The position numbers and the translations under genes are program-made. The notes below the pieces were generated by a model. That model did no database searches. It had not been told where the DNA came from and saw nothing but the letters and a program-made list of their open reading frames with translations. A stretch of DNA of 64,000 nt from Candidatus Saccharimonadota bacterium (GTDB taxonomy: Bacteria > Patescibacteriota > Saccharimonadia > Saccharimonadales > UBA10212). Below are positions 18,538 to 28,332 of this stretch, piece after piece. Location of the stretch: assembly GCA_016187125.1 (NCBI GenBank), contig JACPKF010000007.1, positions 835-64,834 on the forward strand, given 5' to 3'. The stretch's first letter is position 1, and the number at the start of each line of letters is the position of its first letter.

Positions 18538-19646
18538 ACAGAAAGATTCTTTTGTTAGGACGGTTTAACACTAAATCCAGAGAAGATAATCTCTTCGATC
18601 TCTCAGGGTATAATTTGATTAAGGAGCCAGGTATAAATAACGACTTCATTTTGCCGGAAATGCGATCAAGATTTTCTGAAATCCGTTTGGGATTTGAACA
18701 ACTTAAGATTATTGGCCTAGAAACTGGCGATCGTTTTTTTGAAACATATGGCCCAGGTAATTTAATTGAAGGAATGGATCGTCCATACGAAAGATTTCAC
18801 GACTACGAGCTGCTGCTAGTAATTATTCAGGGTATTGACCCAGATAAATACCTGCACATACATAAAGGTACACCTTTTTACTTTTTGGCTTGGTTGGCAT
18901 TTGCAATCAGGGATTACGAAAAGGCGGTATTTTATATGGACTCTGCGCTATCGGAAGACAAAAGAAAAAGCCCAACTGAGCAATTTTCTTCTTGGATACA
19001 AAACCCTGCTGGCAAATTTTTCTGCCTTAATCCAAAAGATCACACTGCGAGGATCATTACACAGCAGTTAAAGGACATACTAGAAAGTCAGTTTACGAGA
19101 TTCAATACAATTTCTAACTTGCCCACTCTGCTTAATGTTGATAGTTGGGTAGGAAATTTCGTACATCCTATGATAAAGGCGGAGAAGTTTCCTTTCGTAA
19201 CTTCAATTTATAGCTATCTTTTAGAGTTTAAAGACCGGCACCAGATGTTAAACCTCAAACCATTACTTGATGGATCTACCGAACCATATACAGTGCATCT
19301 TTTTAAGGGAGGTTTAATATTTGAATCTCTAATGAAACACTATTACGAATCTAGAGCCAAAAAACTCAGTGAATGCCTAAAGAATGAAGATTTTAAAAGG
19401 GACTTCTCTTTGAAATTAGTTGATACTTCAGCTAACAGCCTACGAGAAATACTTGATAAGATTATTGATAATACTGCAGCAACTAGCTTCAATACAACAT
19501 CAAAGCTTCGAAATACTACGGGGCACAAGCTAGTCTGGGATAAAGTCTTTAATCTGCCAGAAAACTACCAGAAACTGTTTGAGCAAGAACTTAACGCAAT
19601 TTTTTTCGTTATCGGGAAGCAAATTGAGAAAGGCCTAGCTATATAA
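18477..19646 (+). CDS. hypothetical protein with TPR-like segment and C-terminal HEPN-like RxxxxH motif; true start uncertain
   Basis: LRNTTGH; AT-rich; the first codons lie within the family C repeat. Confidence 0.6.
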   Translation: MSFGWTRQPATKFIGFLESGDRKILLLGRFNTKSREDNLFDLSGYNLIKEPGINNDFILPEMRSRFSEIRLGFEQLKIIGLETGDRFFETYGPGNLIEGMDRPYERFHDYELLLVIIQGIDPDKYLHIHKGTPFYFLAWLAFAIRDYEKAVFYMDSALSEDKRKSPTEQFSSWIQNPAGKFFCLNPKDHTARIITQQLKDILESQFTRFNTISNLPTLLNVDSWVGNFVHPMIKAEKFPFVTSIYSYLLEFKDRHQMLNLKPLLDGSTEPYTVHLFKGGLIFESLMKHYYESRAKKLSECLKNEDFKRDFSLKLVDTSANSLREILDKIIDNTAATSFNTTSKLRNTTGHKLVWDKVFNLPENYQKLFEQELNAIFFVIGKQIEKGLAI

Positions 19647-19704
19647 AACTTACAGGATTTTGAATAAATCCAGCGAAAGTATGACCATTGGAGGAATATT
19701 CTCT

Positions 19705-20454
19705 TTATTCCTTTGTGAATGCTTGTTTGGCGATTTGAGGTGCAACAAATAGTTTGATTGTTTGCACGATATCTTCAATTTCGCTTTCCGTCATCTCAAT
19801 TTTCATGCCTTTTTTTATAAGACTTGATTGTTCTGCAGTTTTGACGGCTATTGTAGTGTTTTTCAGAATTGTGGGTTTGTTTAAGAGCATAGGCTTTCCG
19901 CCTACTAGATACTCCATATGATAAAGGTTCATCTTAATATCCTTTTGGGCAACACCTTTGTGATGTTCGATAGTGGATCGAAGATCGAAATACCCATCAA
20001 CTGCGTCAGCTAAAAATTTCTTCAGTTTTCCCAAAATAGCTATTTTCTGAGGTTTTGAAAGATGCCCATCCTTGCCAATCTTCTGTGCCTTCATAGATAT
20101 TTGCTGGCTTATGTATTCGTCGAGCTCGACTTTAGTATGGATATCTCTATCTACCTTCTGAGGCATGGAGCAGAGTTTTCTAATAGCAAGCAACTCATCA
20201 ATAAAATCATTAAAGGAACGAATAATTGAACAGTAGGCATTACGAATTTCATTTTGAGCAGCGATTGAACTATTAATTTGTCTAGTTATTGCTATATTCG
20301 TCGGGCTATTTTCAGAAAGTACTCCTCTCTCGGCATAGCCCCCGCTTTCAATAGAACGTAAAACGCTACGTAAAGACAGAAGTTGTTCATCGAGCCGGCG
20401 ATATAGTTGGTCAACGTAATGGTTAACATTGATATTAATATTCATCCCCCCCAT
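19705..20454 (-). CDS. hypothetical protein with HEPN-like motif
   Basis: LRSTIEHHKG; helical; AT-rich. Confidence 0.55.
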   Translation of the reverse strand: MGGMNININVNHYVDQLYRRLDEQLLSLRSVLRSIESGGYAERGVLSENSPTNIAITRQINSSIAAQNEIRNAYCSIIRSFNDFIDELLAIRKLCSMPQKVDRDIHTKVELDEYISQQISMKAQKIGKDGHLSKPQKIAILGKLKKFLADAVDGYFDLRSTIEHHKGVAQKDIKMNLYHMEYLVGGKPMLLNKPTILKNTTIAVKTAEQSSLIKKGMKIEMTESEIEDIVQTIKLFVAPQIAKQAFTKE

Positions 20455-20639
20455 TCTATACCTACGGGTCTTTAAATAAATCCGGCAGAATAACACTTTA
20501 TGCGGCAGGTCTGGATTTGGGTTTGGGGAAGTAGCGGCGGAGACAAGGCAGATAGAAAACGGGTAATCCCACCCCGTTGGTACAAGTCCATGTAAAAGCG
20601 TGTTGACTTTTCAGGATACTTATTGTAAAAATATCAATT

Positions 20640-21257
20640 ATGAGCATCTCATCTCCAACGGATATGAAGGTATTTAACCCACGTGATCTTAATGGACAAC
20701 CTCAAACAGCGTTCATTGAAGCAACTAGGCAAGCTCATATGAGGTTTGGAGTATTCCCAGAATTCGTGGGTTTGGCGTTAAGAGGTTCTCTGACCAAGGG
20801 TTATTCAACTGAGGGCTCTGATGTTGACGCAATAATGCTGTGGGACTCATTTTTGTCTAGTCAAAAATTGGCTCTTCAAGAACTTGCGCAAGCTGACTTT
20901 AAGTTCATGGTGGATGGGACTCCAACAGTTAATCTACAAGCTGAAGACATAAATGTTGCAGTAATTTTAGAGGACGTTATGTATTATCCGTCCAAACTCT
21001 CTAATATTTTTCGGCCTGTAACAGGGAAAAAAGTAGATCTTTATAGAAAATACTGGGCAATTCACTTGGCTGGTTTGCCGGAGTCTGAAAGACAAATTAT
21101 AATTCGCGGAATGGCGATAAGCCTTGCAAGGGACGACCTTCTTGGGTGGAGTAAAATGGTTGAAAGAGTGTCATCTGTACCAGGTCCACAAGACTACCGT
21201 AGACATAGACTGGAACTCTGGCTTGGAAGACTAGACCACTTCTTAGCAGAGCAATAG
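20640..21257 (+). CDS. Pol-beta superfamily nucleotidyltransferase domain protein
   Basis: GSLTKGY....SDVD (GS...DxD) motif. Confidence 0.7.
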   Translation: MSISSPTDMKVFNPRDLNGQPQTAFIEATRQAHMRFGVFPEFVGLALRGSLTKGYSTEGSDVDAIMLWDSFLSSQKLALQELAQADFKFMVDGTPTVNLQAEDINVAVILEDVMYYPSKLSNIFRPVTGKKVDLYRKYWAIHLAGLPESERQIIIRGMAISLARDDLLGWSKMVERVSSVPGPQDYRRHRLELWLGRLDHFLAEQ

Positions 21258-21276
21258 AGAAATATGTAAGTATAAG

Positions 21277-21315
21277 CCCGGTAGTAGACCTGCCTAGGGC
21301 GGACTCACTACCGGG
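21277..21315. repeat. family K hairpin
   Basis: cccggtagtagac..gactcactaccggg; related to 2480-2512 and 56348-56462. Confidence 0.7.
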
Positions 21316-21355
21316 TAAGCACCTAGTTTTTGTCGACATCCGTACCTAGGATTTA

Positions 21356-21958
21356 TTAAGGTTTTAGAATTACTCTTTTACTGTGTCCAGGAGAATGAGA
21401 TCTATCAAATCGCGCTATTGGAAACTCTGGAGTTCCGGATACCACTGCATCAGCAAACTCCATTAAATCTGAATCCTCGGGTGTATAACGAAAGGCCGCA
21501 ACCTTTCCTAAGTAGCGACTCACACCAAAGCCACTTGCTCTATGGCTCCTCCTCTCCAAAACGGCATAGCCGGTTTCTCCTAGGCCACGCTCGCCAAGGT
21601 CAGATAAACCAAATAAGTCTCTAATAGCTTCCCCTACCGGCCTTTCGGGCTGGTAGTGAAGCTCTGCTAGGTTAAAGTAGCCTAGCAACACATCTTTATT
21701 GGCGCCCATTGGTGTGAGGTCAACCCTATGGCGACCTACGCTAAAATCAGTATTTAAAACGCCCAGCTTAGGGTACTCTCTACTCCCATCATATTGGGCC
21801 ATAAAATTTGCAACTGAAGCTAGATGACCAACAGCTTGAAAACGCTCGAACAGAGCCCTCTCCGCTTCAGCAATATGAATAACTGGGAATCCCGCGTGGA
21901 ATTCAAGTGGTGGACTTTGAACACTCAAAACTCCTGATCTTTCTATAGTTTTTAGCAT
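21356..21958 (-). CDS. hypothetical protein
   Basis: 200-aa ORF, aaggag RBS upstream. Confidence 0.65.
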   Translation of the reverse strand: MLKTIERSGVLSVQSPPLEFHAGFPVIHIAEAERALFERFQAVGHLASVANFMAQYDGSREYPKLGVLNTDFSVGRHRVDLTPMGANKDVLLGYFNLAELHYQPERPVGEAIRDLFGLSDLGERGLGETGYAVLERRSHRASGFGVSRYLGKVAAFRYTPEDSDLMEFADAVVSGTPEFPIARFDRSHSPGHSKRVILKP

Positions 21959-22083
21959 ACTAACTCCTTTGAATAGATAATAGTCTAAAAAGCTAGGAAC
22001 GCAAGCATAAGCACCTCTGTTTTTTTGTTGAAATGAATGATGAAAATAATAAACAGGATATAATTATGTCCGAGCAGGAGTTT

Positions 22084-22902
22084 ATGAATATCCCAAATTT
22101 GAAGATGAATAACGAGCAGAAGATTCCGCAAGTTGGGCTGGGCCTTTGGATGAACAAAGACGGTGAGGCTTGCAGGCAATCAGTTAAATTCGCGCTGGAA
22201 GCCGGATATCGGCATTTTGATTCGGCTCAGGCTTATGATAATGAGCAATTTTTGGGTGAAGCTATCAAAAAGGGCGGGGTCCCGCGTGAAGAATTGTTTA
22301 TTACCACTAAAATCTTGAATGACAACCAGTGGTGGAACGATATTATTCCCAGTTTCGAAAAATCGCTGGAAAATTTACAGACGGACTACGTCGATTTACT
22401 GTTACTTCATTTTCCGGTCACCGAAACACGTCGGCCGGCTTGGCGCAGAATGGAAGAAATTTATAAATCCGGCCGGGCCAAATCCATCGGCGTTAGCAAT
22501 TATATGATCCATCATCTTGAGGAACTGCTAAAAGAAGGTGATATTAAACCGGCAGTTAACCAAGTTGAACTCCATGTCTTTCTGCAACAGCCAGAGCTAG
22601 TAAAGTTCTGCCAGAAAAACGACATCGTGGTTGAAGCTTATTCGCCGCTGGCTCACGGTAATGGAATGGATGACCCGGTGCTGGCTAGTATTGCCAAAAA
22701 ACACGGAAAATCCACGGCTCAAATTATGATCCGCTGGTGTATCGAGATGGGAACGGTGCCTCTGCCAAAATCGACTCATCAGGGACGTATAAAAGAGAAT
22801 ATTGATATTTTTAATTTTAAGCTTGATAAGCAAGACATGGCCGATATCGCCAAGCTTGACCGCGATTTTAGAACCTGCTGGGATCCAACTCACGTACCAT
22901 GA
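22084..22902 (+). CDS. aldo/keto reductase
   Basis: GYRHFDSA..Y.NE, FITTK, DYVDLLLLHFP, IGVSN, PKS. Confidence 0.95.
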   Translation: MNIPNLKMNNEQKIPQVGLGLWMNKDGEACRQSVKFALEAGYRHFDSAQAYDNEQFLGEAIKKGGVPREELFITTKILNDNQWWNDIIPSFEKSLENLQTDYVDLLLLHFPVTETRRPAWRRMEEIYKSGRAKSIGVSNYMIHHLEELLKEGDIKPAVNQVELHVFLQQPELVKFCQKNDIVVEAYSPLAHGNGMDDPVLASIAKKHGKSTAQIMIRWCIEMGTVPLPKSTHQGRIKENIDIFNFKLDKQDMADIAKLDRDFRTCWDPTHVP

Positions 22903-23804
22903 TGACTACTCAAGATAACCAAAAATTTGTCGAGTTAATTAAGTCCCACGAGCCCACGGCTGGGGATATTGAGTTTGTAGAACATGGCTACGACAACATT
23001 GTGGCGGTTGTTGATCGCCAGAAAGTTTTCCGCTTTCCGCGAACCGAAGTTGATAAGTACCGTCTTTGGTTCGAGGCCGAGCTTTTACAAAAAATGGCTG
23101 GCAAAATACCTAAAACGCCGCGAGTTATTAGGCTCAATCAACGACCATTTTACGCAGTTTATAGCTATCTTCCGGGCAACCATCTAAGCGAGGAAGAGAT
23201 TGGCGGCTTATCTGCTAAAGACCAGGCGGAGATTGGCAATCAGTTAGCCGACTTTATAGCTAGCTTTAATAAACTTATTTCGCCCAGCGAAGTATTATCA
23301 CTGCGCAGCAGTTCAGGCCTAGCTGCCCAACCGGGTGAAGAAACTTGGCCAATTTATTTAAAACGGGTTCTTGGCGATTCTTCTTTCCCCAGCAACCCAA
23401 AAATCGAACAACTAGCTAAAGATTACTATCAAAAATGGCTAAATTTAAAAGACGATTTGCCAATAATTACCGTCCATGACGATTTACATGCCGGAAATTT
23501 ACTTTTTAGCGATGGCCAAATAAGCGGCATCTTTGATTTTGGCAATGCTAGCGCTGGTACGGCTACTCAAGAAATGCGCAACATATTGAGGTTGGGAGAC
23601 GATGTTTTACGAGCCTCAATAAGTCGTTACCAGGACTTAACAGGCCAGACAGTAGATCCGGAAAAAGCCCGTTTCTGGATGATTGTTAACGATCTAGCCT
23701 CTATTTGTCTGCGCCTATTAGACGGCAAAACAGATGCTCCTGGCTTTGCCCGGGCCCAAAAAAATCTAAAAAAATGGGGAGTAATAAGCGATGTGGCGGG
23801 ATAG
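22899..23804 (+). CDS. aminoglycoside phosphotransferase (APH) family protein
   Basis: VFRFPR, HDDLH.GN, GIFDFG. Confidence 0.85.
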   Translation: MMTTQDNQKFVELIKSHEPTAGDIEFVEHGYDNIVAVVDRQKVFRFPRTEVDKYRLWFEAELLQKMAGKIPKTPRVIRLNQRPFYAVYSYLPGNHLSEEEIGGLSAKDQAEIGNQLADFIASFNKLISPSEVLSLRSSSGLAAQPGEETWPIYLKRVLGDSSFPSNPKIEQLAKDYYQKWLNLKDDLPIITVHDDLHAGNLLFSDGQISGIFDFGNASAGTATQEMRNILRLGDDVLRASISRYQDLTGQTVDPEKARFWMIVNDLASICLRLLDGKTDAPGFARAQKNLKKWGVISDVAG

Positions 23805-24522
23805 AGCTGAAGCTGGGCAGGAACTAGCTGGAGCCCTTATGAAATATAAAGACAGGAACGCGGTGGTTTATGGGCTGCCGCGGGGCGGAGTAGTGGTAGC
23901 GGCCGAAGTTGCCCATGCACTTAACGCCCCTTTGGATCTGATTATTGCTAGAAAAATCGGTCATCCGGCTCACGCGGAATACGCCATCGCCGCCGTAACC
24001 GAGGACTCAGAACCTGTAGTAAATGAAGCAGAAGTTGCTTCGATTGGCAAAGACTGGTTTGAGCGAGCCCTAAAAGAACAAAGAGTCGAGGCCAAGCGCC
24101 GCCGGGAGCTTTATTTAGGTGGTCGCAGACATATTTCACCGAAAGGCAAAATCGCAATCGTGGTTGATGATGGTATAGCTACCGGTTTAACGCTCCAAGC
24201 GGCAATTAAGAGCTTAAAGCCCCGGCGTCCAGCTAAAATTGTGGTGGCCGTGCCAGTGGCGCCGGATGATACAGTAGCTGAAATAGAAGCTGAAGTAGAT
24301 GAGATGGTATGCTTGCATAAGGAAAAAGATTTTTTTGGCGCCGTTGGCAGCTATTATCAATTTTTTGAGCAAGTAGAAGACAGCGAAGTTATTGATCTTC
24401 TGCAAGAGTTTGATACGTACGACCCATTCGATAAAACTCAGGCTCGTCCTGAGCAACGTCGAACGGACGACGAGCTCAGTATCAATCCTGAGCATAGTCG
24501 AAGGATTGAAAATGAGCATTGA
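23791..24522 (+). CDS. phosphoribosyltransferase family protein; C-terminus derived from family F repeats
   Basis: LPRGGV, RKIGHP, VVDDGIATG.T; tail from ccattcgata..cctgagcatagtcgaagga. Confidence 0.9.
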   Translation: MWRDRAEAGQELAGALMKYKDRNAVVYGLPRGGVVVAAEVAHALNAPLDLIIARKIGHPAHAEYAIAAVTEDSEPVVNEAEVASIGKDWFERALKEQRVEAKRRRELYLGGRRHISPKGKIAIVVDDGIATGLTLQAAIKSLKPRRPAKIVVAVPVAPDDTVAEIEAEVDEMVCLHKEKDFFGAVGSYYQFFEQVEDSEVIDLLQEFDTYDPFDKTQARPEQRRTDDELSINPEHSRRIENEH

Positions 24523-24637
24523 AGCCGTAATATTCGACCCCAGCACCAAAATCTTGAAGCTCCATAATCTGATTGCAGACTACTTAAGCTCAGGATTTGG
24601 TGCGAGGCAAGTTGCTTTGGGGTATCGCAGTGATTAA
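24512..24637 (+). repeat. duplicated HAD N-terminus plus cccagcacc..ggtgcg element, forming a 41-aa mini-ORF
   Basis: MSIEAVIFD then PSTKILK..SGFGA.QVA; same architecture as 14820-14963. Confidence 0.85.
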
Positions 24638-25202
24638 AGCCGTGATATTTGACTGCTTCGGTGTCTTAACGAAGGATTGGTGGCGGGAATTTTGTGCCTC
24701 AGTACCGCCCGGCCCGGGTCTGCAAAAAGCCAAAGAGCTCAACCACCTCTATGACGCCGGACTTATAAGCTTGAAAGAATTTGTAGCCGGTGTTGAACAA
24801 GTCACGGGCCGTGAACCCCAACCGATCGAAGACATTTTTGCTAGTCCCGAGCCAATTAAAAACACTACTTTGCTTGAATATATAAAAAGCTTAAAAACTG
24901 GCTACAAGATTGGCATGATTAGCAACGTGGGCACTAATTGGGTGAGGGATTATTTTTTGAGCCCTGAGGAGCAAAGGCTTTTTGACGATATGGTGTTTTC
25001 TTTTGAGGTCGGAACTACCAAACCTGACCCCAGGATTTACGAGCTAGCTACCAAGCGTCTGGGCCTTAAGCCCCAGGACTGCGTTTTTATAGACGATATT
25101 GAAAGATATTGCGAAGCCGCTCGGGCCACAGGCATGAAGGCTATCCTATACAAAGACTTTGAACAGATGAAAACTGAGCTCGATAAGCTTCTTCAGGCCT
25201 GA
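24630..25202 (+). CDS. HAD family phosphatase
   Basis: GTG start MIKAVIFDCFGVL, ISN, KPDPRIY, FIDD. Confidence 0.92.
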   Translation: MIKAVIFDCFGVLTKDWWREFCASVPPGPGLQKAKELNHLYDAGLISLKEFVAGVEQVTGREPQPIEDIFASPEPIKNTTLLEYIKSLKTGYKIGMISNVGTNWVRDYFLSPEEQRLFDDMVFSFEVGTTKPDPRIYELATKRLGLKPQDCVFIDDIERYCEAARATGMKAILYKDFEQMKTELDKLLQA

Positions 25203-25248
25203 CCTTTAGTTTTGAGTAATCACGAAAAGTTTGCTGGCAGATAGTAAA

Positions 25249-25288
25249 TTACCCCAAAAAGTGTCCGATCGGACACTTTTTGGGGTAA
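25249..25288. repeat. 40-bp perfect palindrome (family I) between convergent genes
   Basis: ttaccccaaaaagtgtccga|tcggacactttttggggtaa. Confidence 0.85.
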
Positions 25289-25305
25289 AATCATACTTTG
25301 ATTAA

Positions 25306-25557
25306 CTAAGAACTGTTTCTGATAACTAATTTTTTACCACCCAAATTACACTTTTTTATAAGTAGTTGTTTTTCCAGCTGCAAGGTGGCGGCCAGGCCCG
25401 AGCCAGGCACACTCAGGATAAAAGCTTCACGCTCTAATTTAACTTTGCAGCTGACGTTATATTTCCGCCGAACGTAATCTTTAATTACTGCCATTTCGTC
25501 CGGTGGCAAGGCTATTTTTCGACTACCTAAAATTTTCCTTAAGCTTTCCACACTCAT
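25306..25557 (-). CDS. small basic protein, possibly DciA/DUF721-like
   Basis: 83 aa; ILSVP.S.LA..L pattern; tatact 6 nt upstream. Confidence 0.5.
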   Translation of the reverse strand: MSVESLRKILGSRKIALPPDEMAVIKDYVRRKYNVSCKVKLEREAFILSVPGSGLAATLQLEKQLLIKKCNLGGKKLVIRNSS

Positions 25558-25651
25558 GCTGCCAGTATAGCAATATAGATCAGCTGAACCCCCCAATTTA
25601 TCTGAAAAAAAGATTGCTAAAATAGCTAATCTGTGCTATAATTTACTAACC

Positions 25652-26638
25652 GTGACACAAAATCCAAATAATTTAGGATCTACCACTTTACCGGAAAATT
25701 TTGCCGGCCAAGTTGAATTAAGAACGTCTTTTGGCGAACAAGGGTCAGTAAGTTACAAAATTTTTCAAGGCGATAACAGTAAACCACCGGTTTTTATTGT
25801 TCCGGGTTTTCCCTTAGGCACTACGCAACTTGATAACTTTGCAGCTACGCTTAACAGATTAGGCAACAGAACAGTTATTTCACCTAACGAAATAGATTTG
25901 AAGGGCTTCAATGCGCCAACAGTAGAGAAAGAGGCAGATTTATACTTAGGTATAATCCAGCGAGAGGGGTTGGCTGATAGTGATGTTCAAGTCGTAACCC
26001 ATTCTTACGGCGCTGCGGTCTTTTCGAAAATGGCTGAACAAGCCGACAATAAAATTATTGGATGTTTCAAAGGCGAACATTCACGTGTGGTTATGATTGC
26101 TCCAGTTGGTACAACCAGTGAAGAAAAGTTTCCAAAGCTAGCCAAACGACTCGGTCGGTTCTTAAAAACAGGCGTGTCAAATGGCATTATTTCCGACGTT
26201 TTGCTGGCCCCTAGTAGACCGAGTTTATATAAAGAAAATATTAGAACAATTGTAGCTCATCCATGGAAAACTGCGGGTGAAATTCGGGCAATTAAAAAAA
26301 CCAAACTTGATTTTGAAAAATTAGGTCAGCTTGCCTGTTCACCAGACATCTTAATTTACCCGGTTGATCCAATGTTCGGCGAGAGCGTGCCAGAGGTAAA
26401 AGAGGGAATAGAAGCTCAAGCTGAACATATTGCTGGTGTTAGTATGCCAGTAAGAATAGGTGAAAATCTAGCATATCCATATGCAAGCGAAACTTGGTCT
26501 TATAAAAACGGACTAAGGACAATCTCACGTTCGAGCCATCTTGCCAGGCATGATGAACTTATAATGGATCCTGAAAGTACAGCTGGCGCTGTGCTAAATT
26601 GTCTTGAGCCTGATAGGCTTTTAAAAAACATAGACTAA
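25652..26638 (+). CDS. alpha/beta hydrolase fold protein
   Basis: VFIVPG, THSYG nucleophile elbow, C-terminal HD. Confidence 0.7.
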   Translation: MTQNPNNLGSTTLPENFAGQVELRTSFGEQGSVSYKIFQGDNSKPPVFIVPGFPLGTTQLDNFAATLNRLGNRTVISPNEIDLKGFNAPTVEKEADLYLGIIQREGLADSDVQVVTHSYGAAVFSKMAEQADNKIIGCFKGEHSRVVMIAPVGTTSEEKFPKLAKRLGRFLKTGVSNGIISDVLLAPSRPSLYKENIRTIVAHPWKTAGEIRAIKKTKLDFEKLGQLACSPDILIYPVDPMFGESVPEVKEGIEAQAEHIAGVSMPVRIGENLAYPYASETWSYKNGLRTISRSSHLARHDELIMDPESTAGAVLNCLEPDRLLKNID

Positions 26639-26683
26639 TTTTAACGCTGGCTAAGAAGTTTATGCGCTATATATAATTAGTAA

Positions 26684-27796
26684 ATGCCTGAGCTTCCTGA
26701 AGTTGAGATTATAAAACAAGGCTTATCTAAACTATTGCCCGGGCGGATTATTGCCGACGTTTGGCACAACTGGCAAAAATCTTTTCCGAACGCGCCAGCG
26801 GATGTGGCCCGATTTTTGGTGGATGCCAAGATCATATCAGTTAAACGTCGGGCCAAAGTCTTGATAATTGAACTTTCCAGCGGCTACTCGCTGGTTGTCC
26901 ATTTAAAAATGACAGGGCAACTAGTTTTTGTGCCAAAAACCAGCGAGCAAAAAGCCCGCCTTCGCCAAAGCTACGGTCGACAGGCAAAAAGCAAAAAGCA
27001 AAAAGCCGAAAAAAAGTTTGGTGGTGGGCATCCGACCAAAAGCTTAATAGGTAAGCTGCCGGACAAATCAACCCGAGTCATTGTTGAGTTTTACCCCCCG
27101 AAAGGCGCGCGGGACATACGCTTGAGTACGTTGCAAGGAAAAGTTGAGCAACGGACTAAGCCGTATATGAAATACGGTGAAGGAGTAGCGCAGACTTTGA
27201 CACAGCAAAGTGCCAAGAGTGTCGCCGGAGTGCCAGGGCGACAGCCCGAGCAGCAGGGCGACACGGCGCATGGTCCGCGACTTTTTTTTAATGATCAGCG
27301 TAAGTTTGGCTGGATGCGCCTGCTGCCGACGGTTGAGGTGCCCCAGATTGACTTTATGAAAAAAGTCGGCCCGGAGCCGCTGGAAGATAATTTTACGGTT
27401 GGTGTGTTTATTGAAAGACTCAACCGCCGAAAAAACAGCTCGATAAAAGCTATGCTGCTGGATCAAACCGTGCTGGCTGGAGTGGGGAATATCTATGCTG
27501 ACGAATCCTTATTTGCCGCTAAAATCCATCCAGCTACCCCGGTTTTTAAAGTTTCTAAAGCAAAATTAGTAATGCTCCATAATGCCCTGCGCCAAATACT
27601 GCAGCAGGCAATAGATAAAGGCGGCAGCACGGACCGAAATTACGTTGATGTCAAAGGTAAAAAGGGGAGTTATCTGAACTTTGCCCAGGTTTTTAGAAGA
27701 CAAGGCCAAGTGTGTTCCCGCTGCGGAGGCGTCATACAGAAGATACGCGTAGCTGGAAGAGGTACTCACATATGTCCAAGGTGTCAAAAACGTTAA
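26684..27796 (+). CDS. mutM: formamidopyrimidine-DNA glycosylase (Fpg), enlarged by in-frame repeat insertions
   Basis: MPELPEVE, HLKMTG, DQRKFG, LLDQ..AGVGNIYADE, C-terminal zinc finger. Confidence 0.96.
   Translation: MPELPEVEIIKQGLSKLLPGRIIADVWHNWQKSFPNAPADVARFLVDAKIISVKRRAKVLIIELSSGYSLVVHLKMTGQLVFVPKTSEQKARLRQSYGRQAKSKKQKAEKKFGGGHPTKSLIGKLPDKSTRVIVEFYPPKGARDIRLSTLQGKVEQRTKPYMKYGEGVAQTLTQQSAKSVAGVPGRQPEQQGDTAHGPRLFFNDQRKFGWMRLLPTVEVPQIDFMKKVGPEPLEDNFTVGVFIERLNRRKNSSIKAMLLDQTVLAGVGNIYADESLFAAKIHPATPVFKVSKAKLVMLHNALRQILQQAIDKGGSTDRNYVDVKGKKGSYLNFAQVFRRQGQVCSRCGGVIQKIRVAGRGTHICPRCQKR
27097..27277 (+). repeat. family D (RPE-like) element in-frame in mutM
   Basis: homologous to 37470-37620 and 45832-46044. 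Confidence 0.88.
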
Positions 27797-28257
27797 GTTT
27801 TAAGCTCTTTAGAGTAAAATCGGCGATGGGTAACAAACAATACACTTGCAAGCAAGAGTGTAACTGACAAAAACCGCAGGATACGTGCATCTGCGATGCT
27901 AGAAGTAATAATGGCATACATAGTAGTTGCTATACCGCCAAGCGCCACACCTTCGCCAATGACATCTGAGCGCTTCAACCAATATGAACCGCCAACCACA
28001 AACACCACGGCCAACGGTAGTACTGCCAGAGTTACATTACGCTGGTATGCTTTCTCTTTTTTATCATAGGCTTCGGTGGCTTTTTCAAATTCCTTTTGCT
28101 GCTGTTGGTAAACTGTGTCATCAGCTGAGACTGAATTGTAATTGGGATATTGGGGATACTTTGGCGGCTGGTAGAAGGAATAAATACCTAATCCAACAAA
28201 AGTAACTACTGCCCCCGCGATTAGCAGTGCGTATAATAATCTAATCAATGCGTTCAT
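27793..28257 (-). CDS. membrane protein (4 TM)
   Basis: hydrophobic segments, FY.PP.YP motif. Confidence 0.7.
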   Translation of the reverse strand: MNALIRLLYALLIAGAVVTFVGLGIYSFYQPPKYPQYPNYNSVSADDTVYQQQQKEFEKATEAYDKKEKAYQRNVTLAVLPLAVVFVVGGSYWLKRSDVIGEGVALGGIATTMYAIITSSIADARILRFLSVTLLLASVLFVTHRRFYSKELKT

Positions 28258-28332
28258 TCTTAAACTGCTTTCTAGGTAAGCTCAATTGTACACCAAGTAC
28301 ATTCTTAAACTATAGACTGTTAAAATATCCTT

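Noticed and set aside
27097..27277. Intein or self-splicing intron interpretation of the in-frame inserts
   Set aside because: No Cys/Ser..His-Asn intein ends, far too short, and no group I/II core recognised; splicing cannot be fully excluded without RNA data
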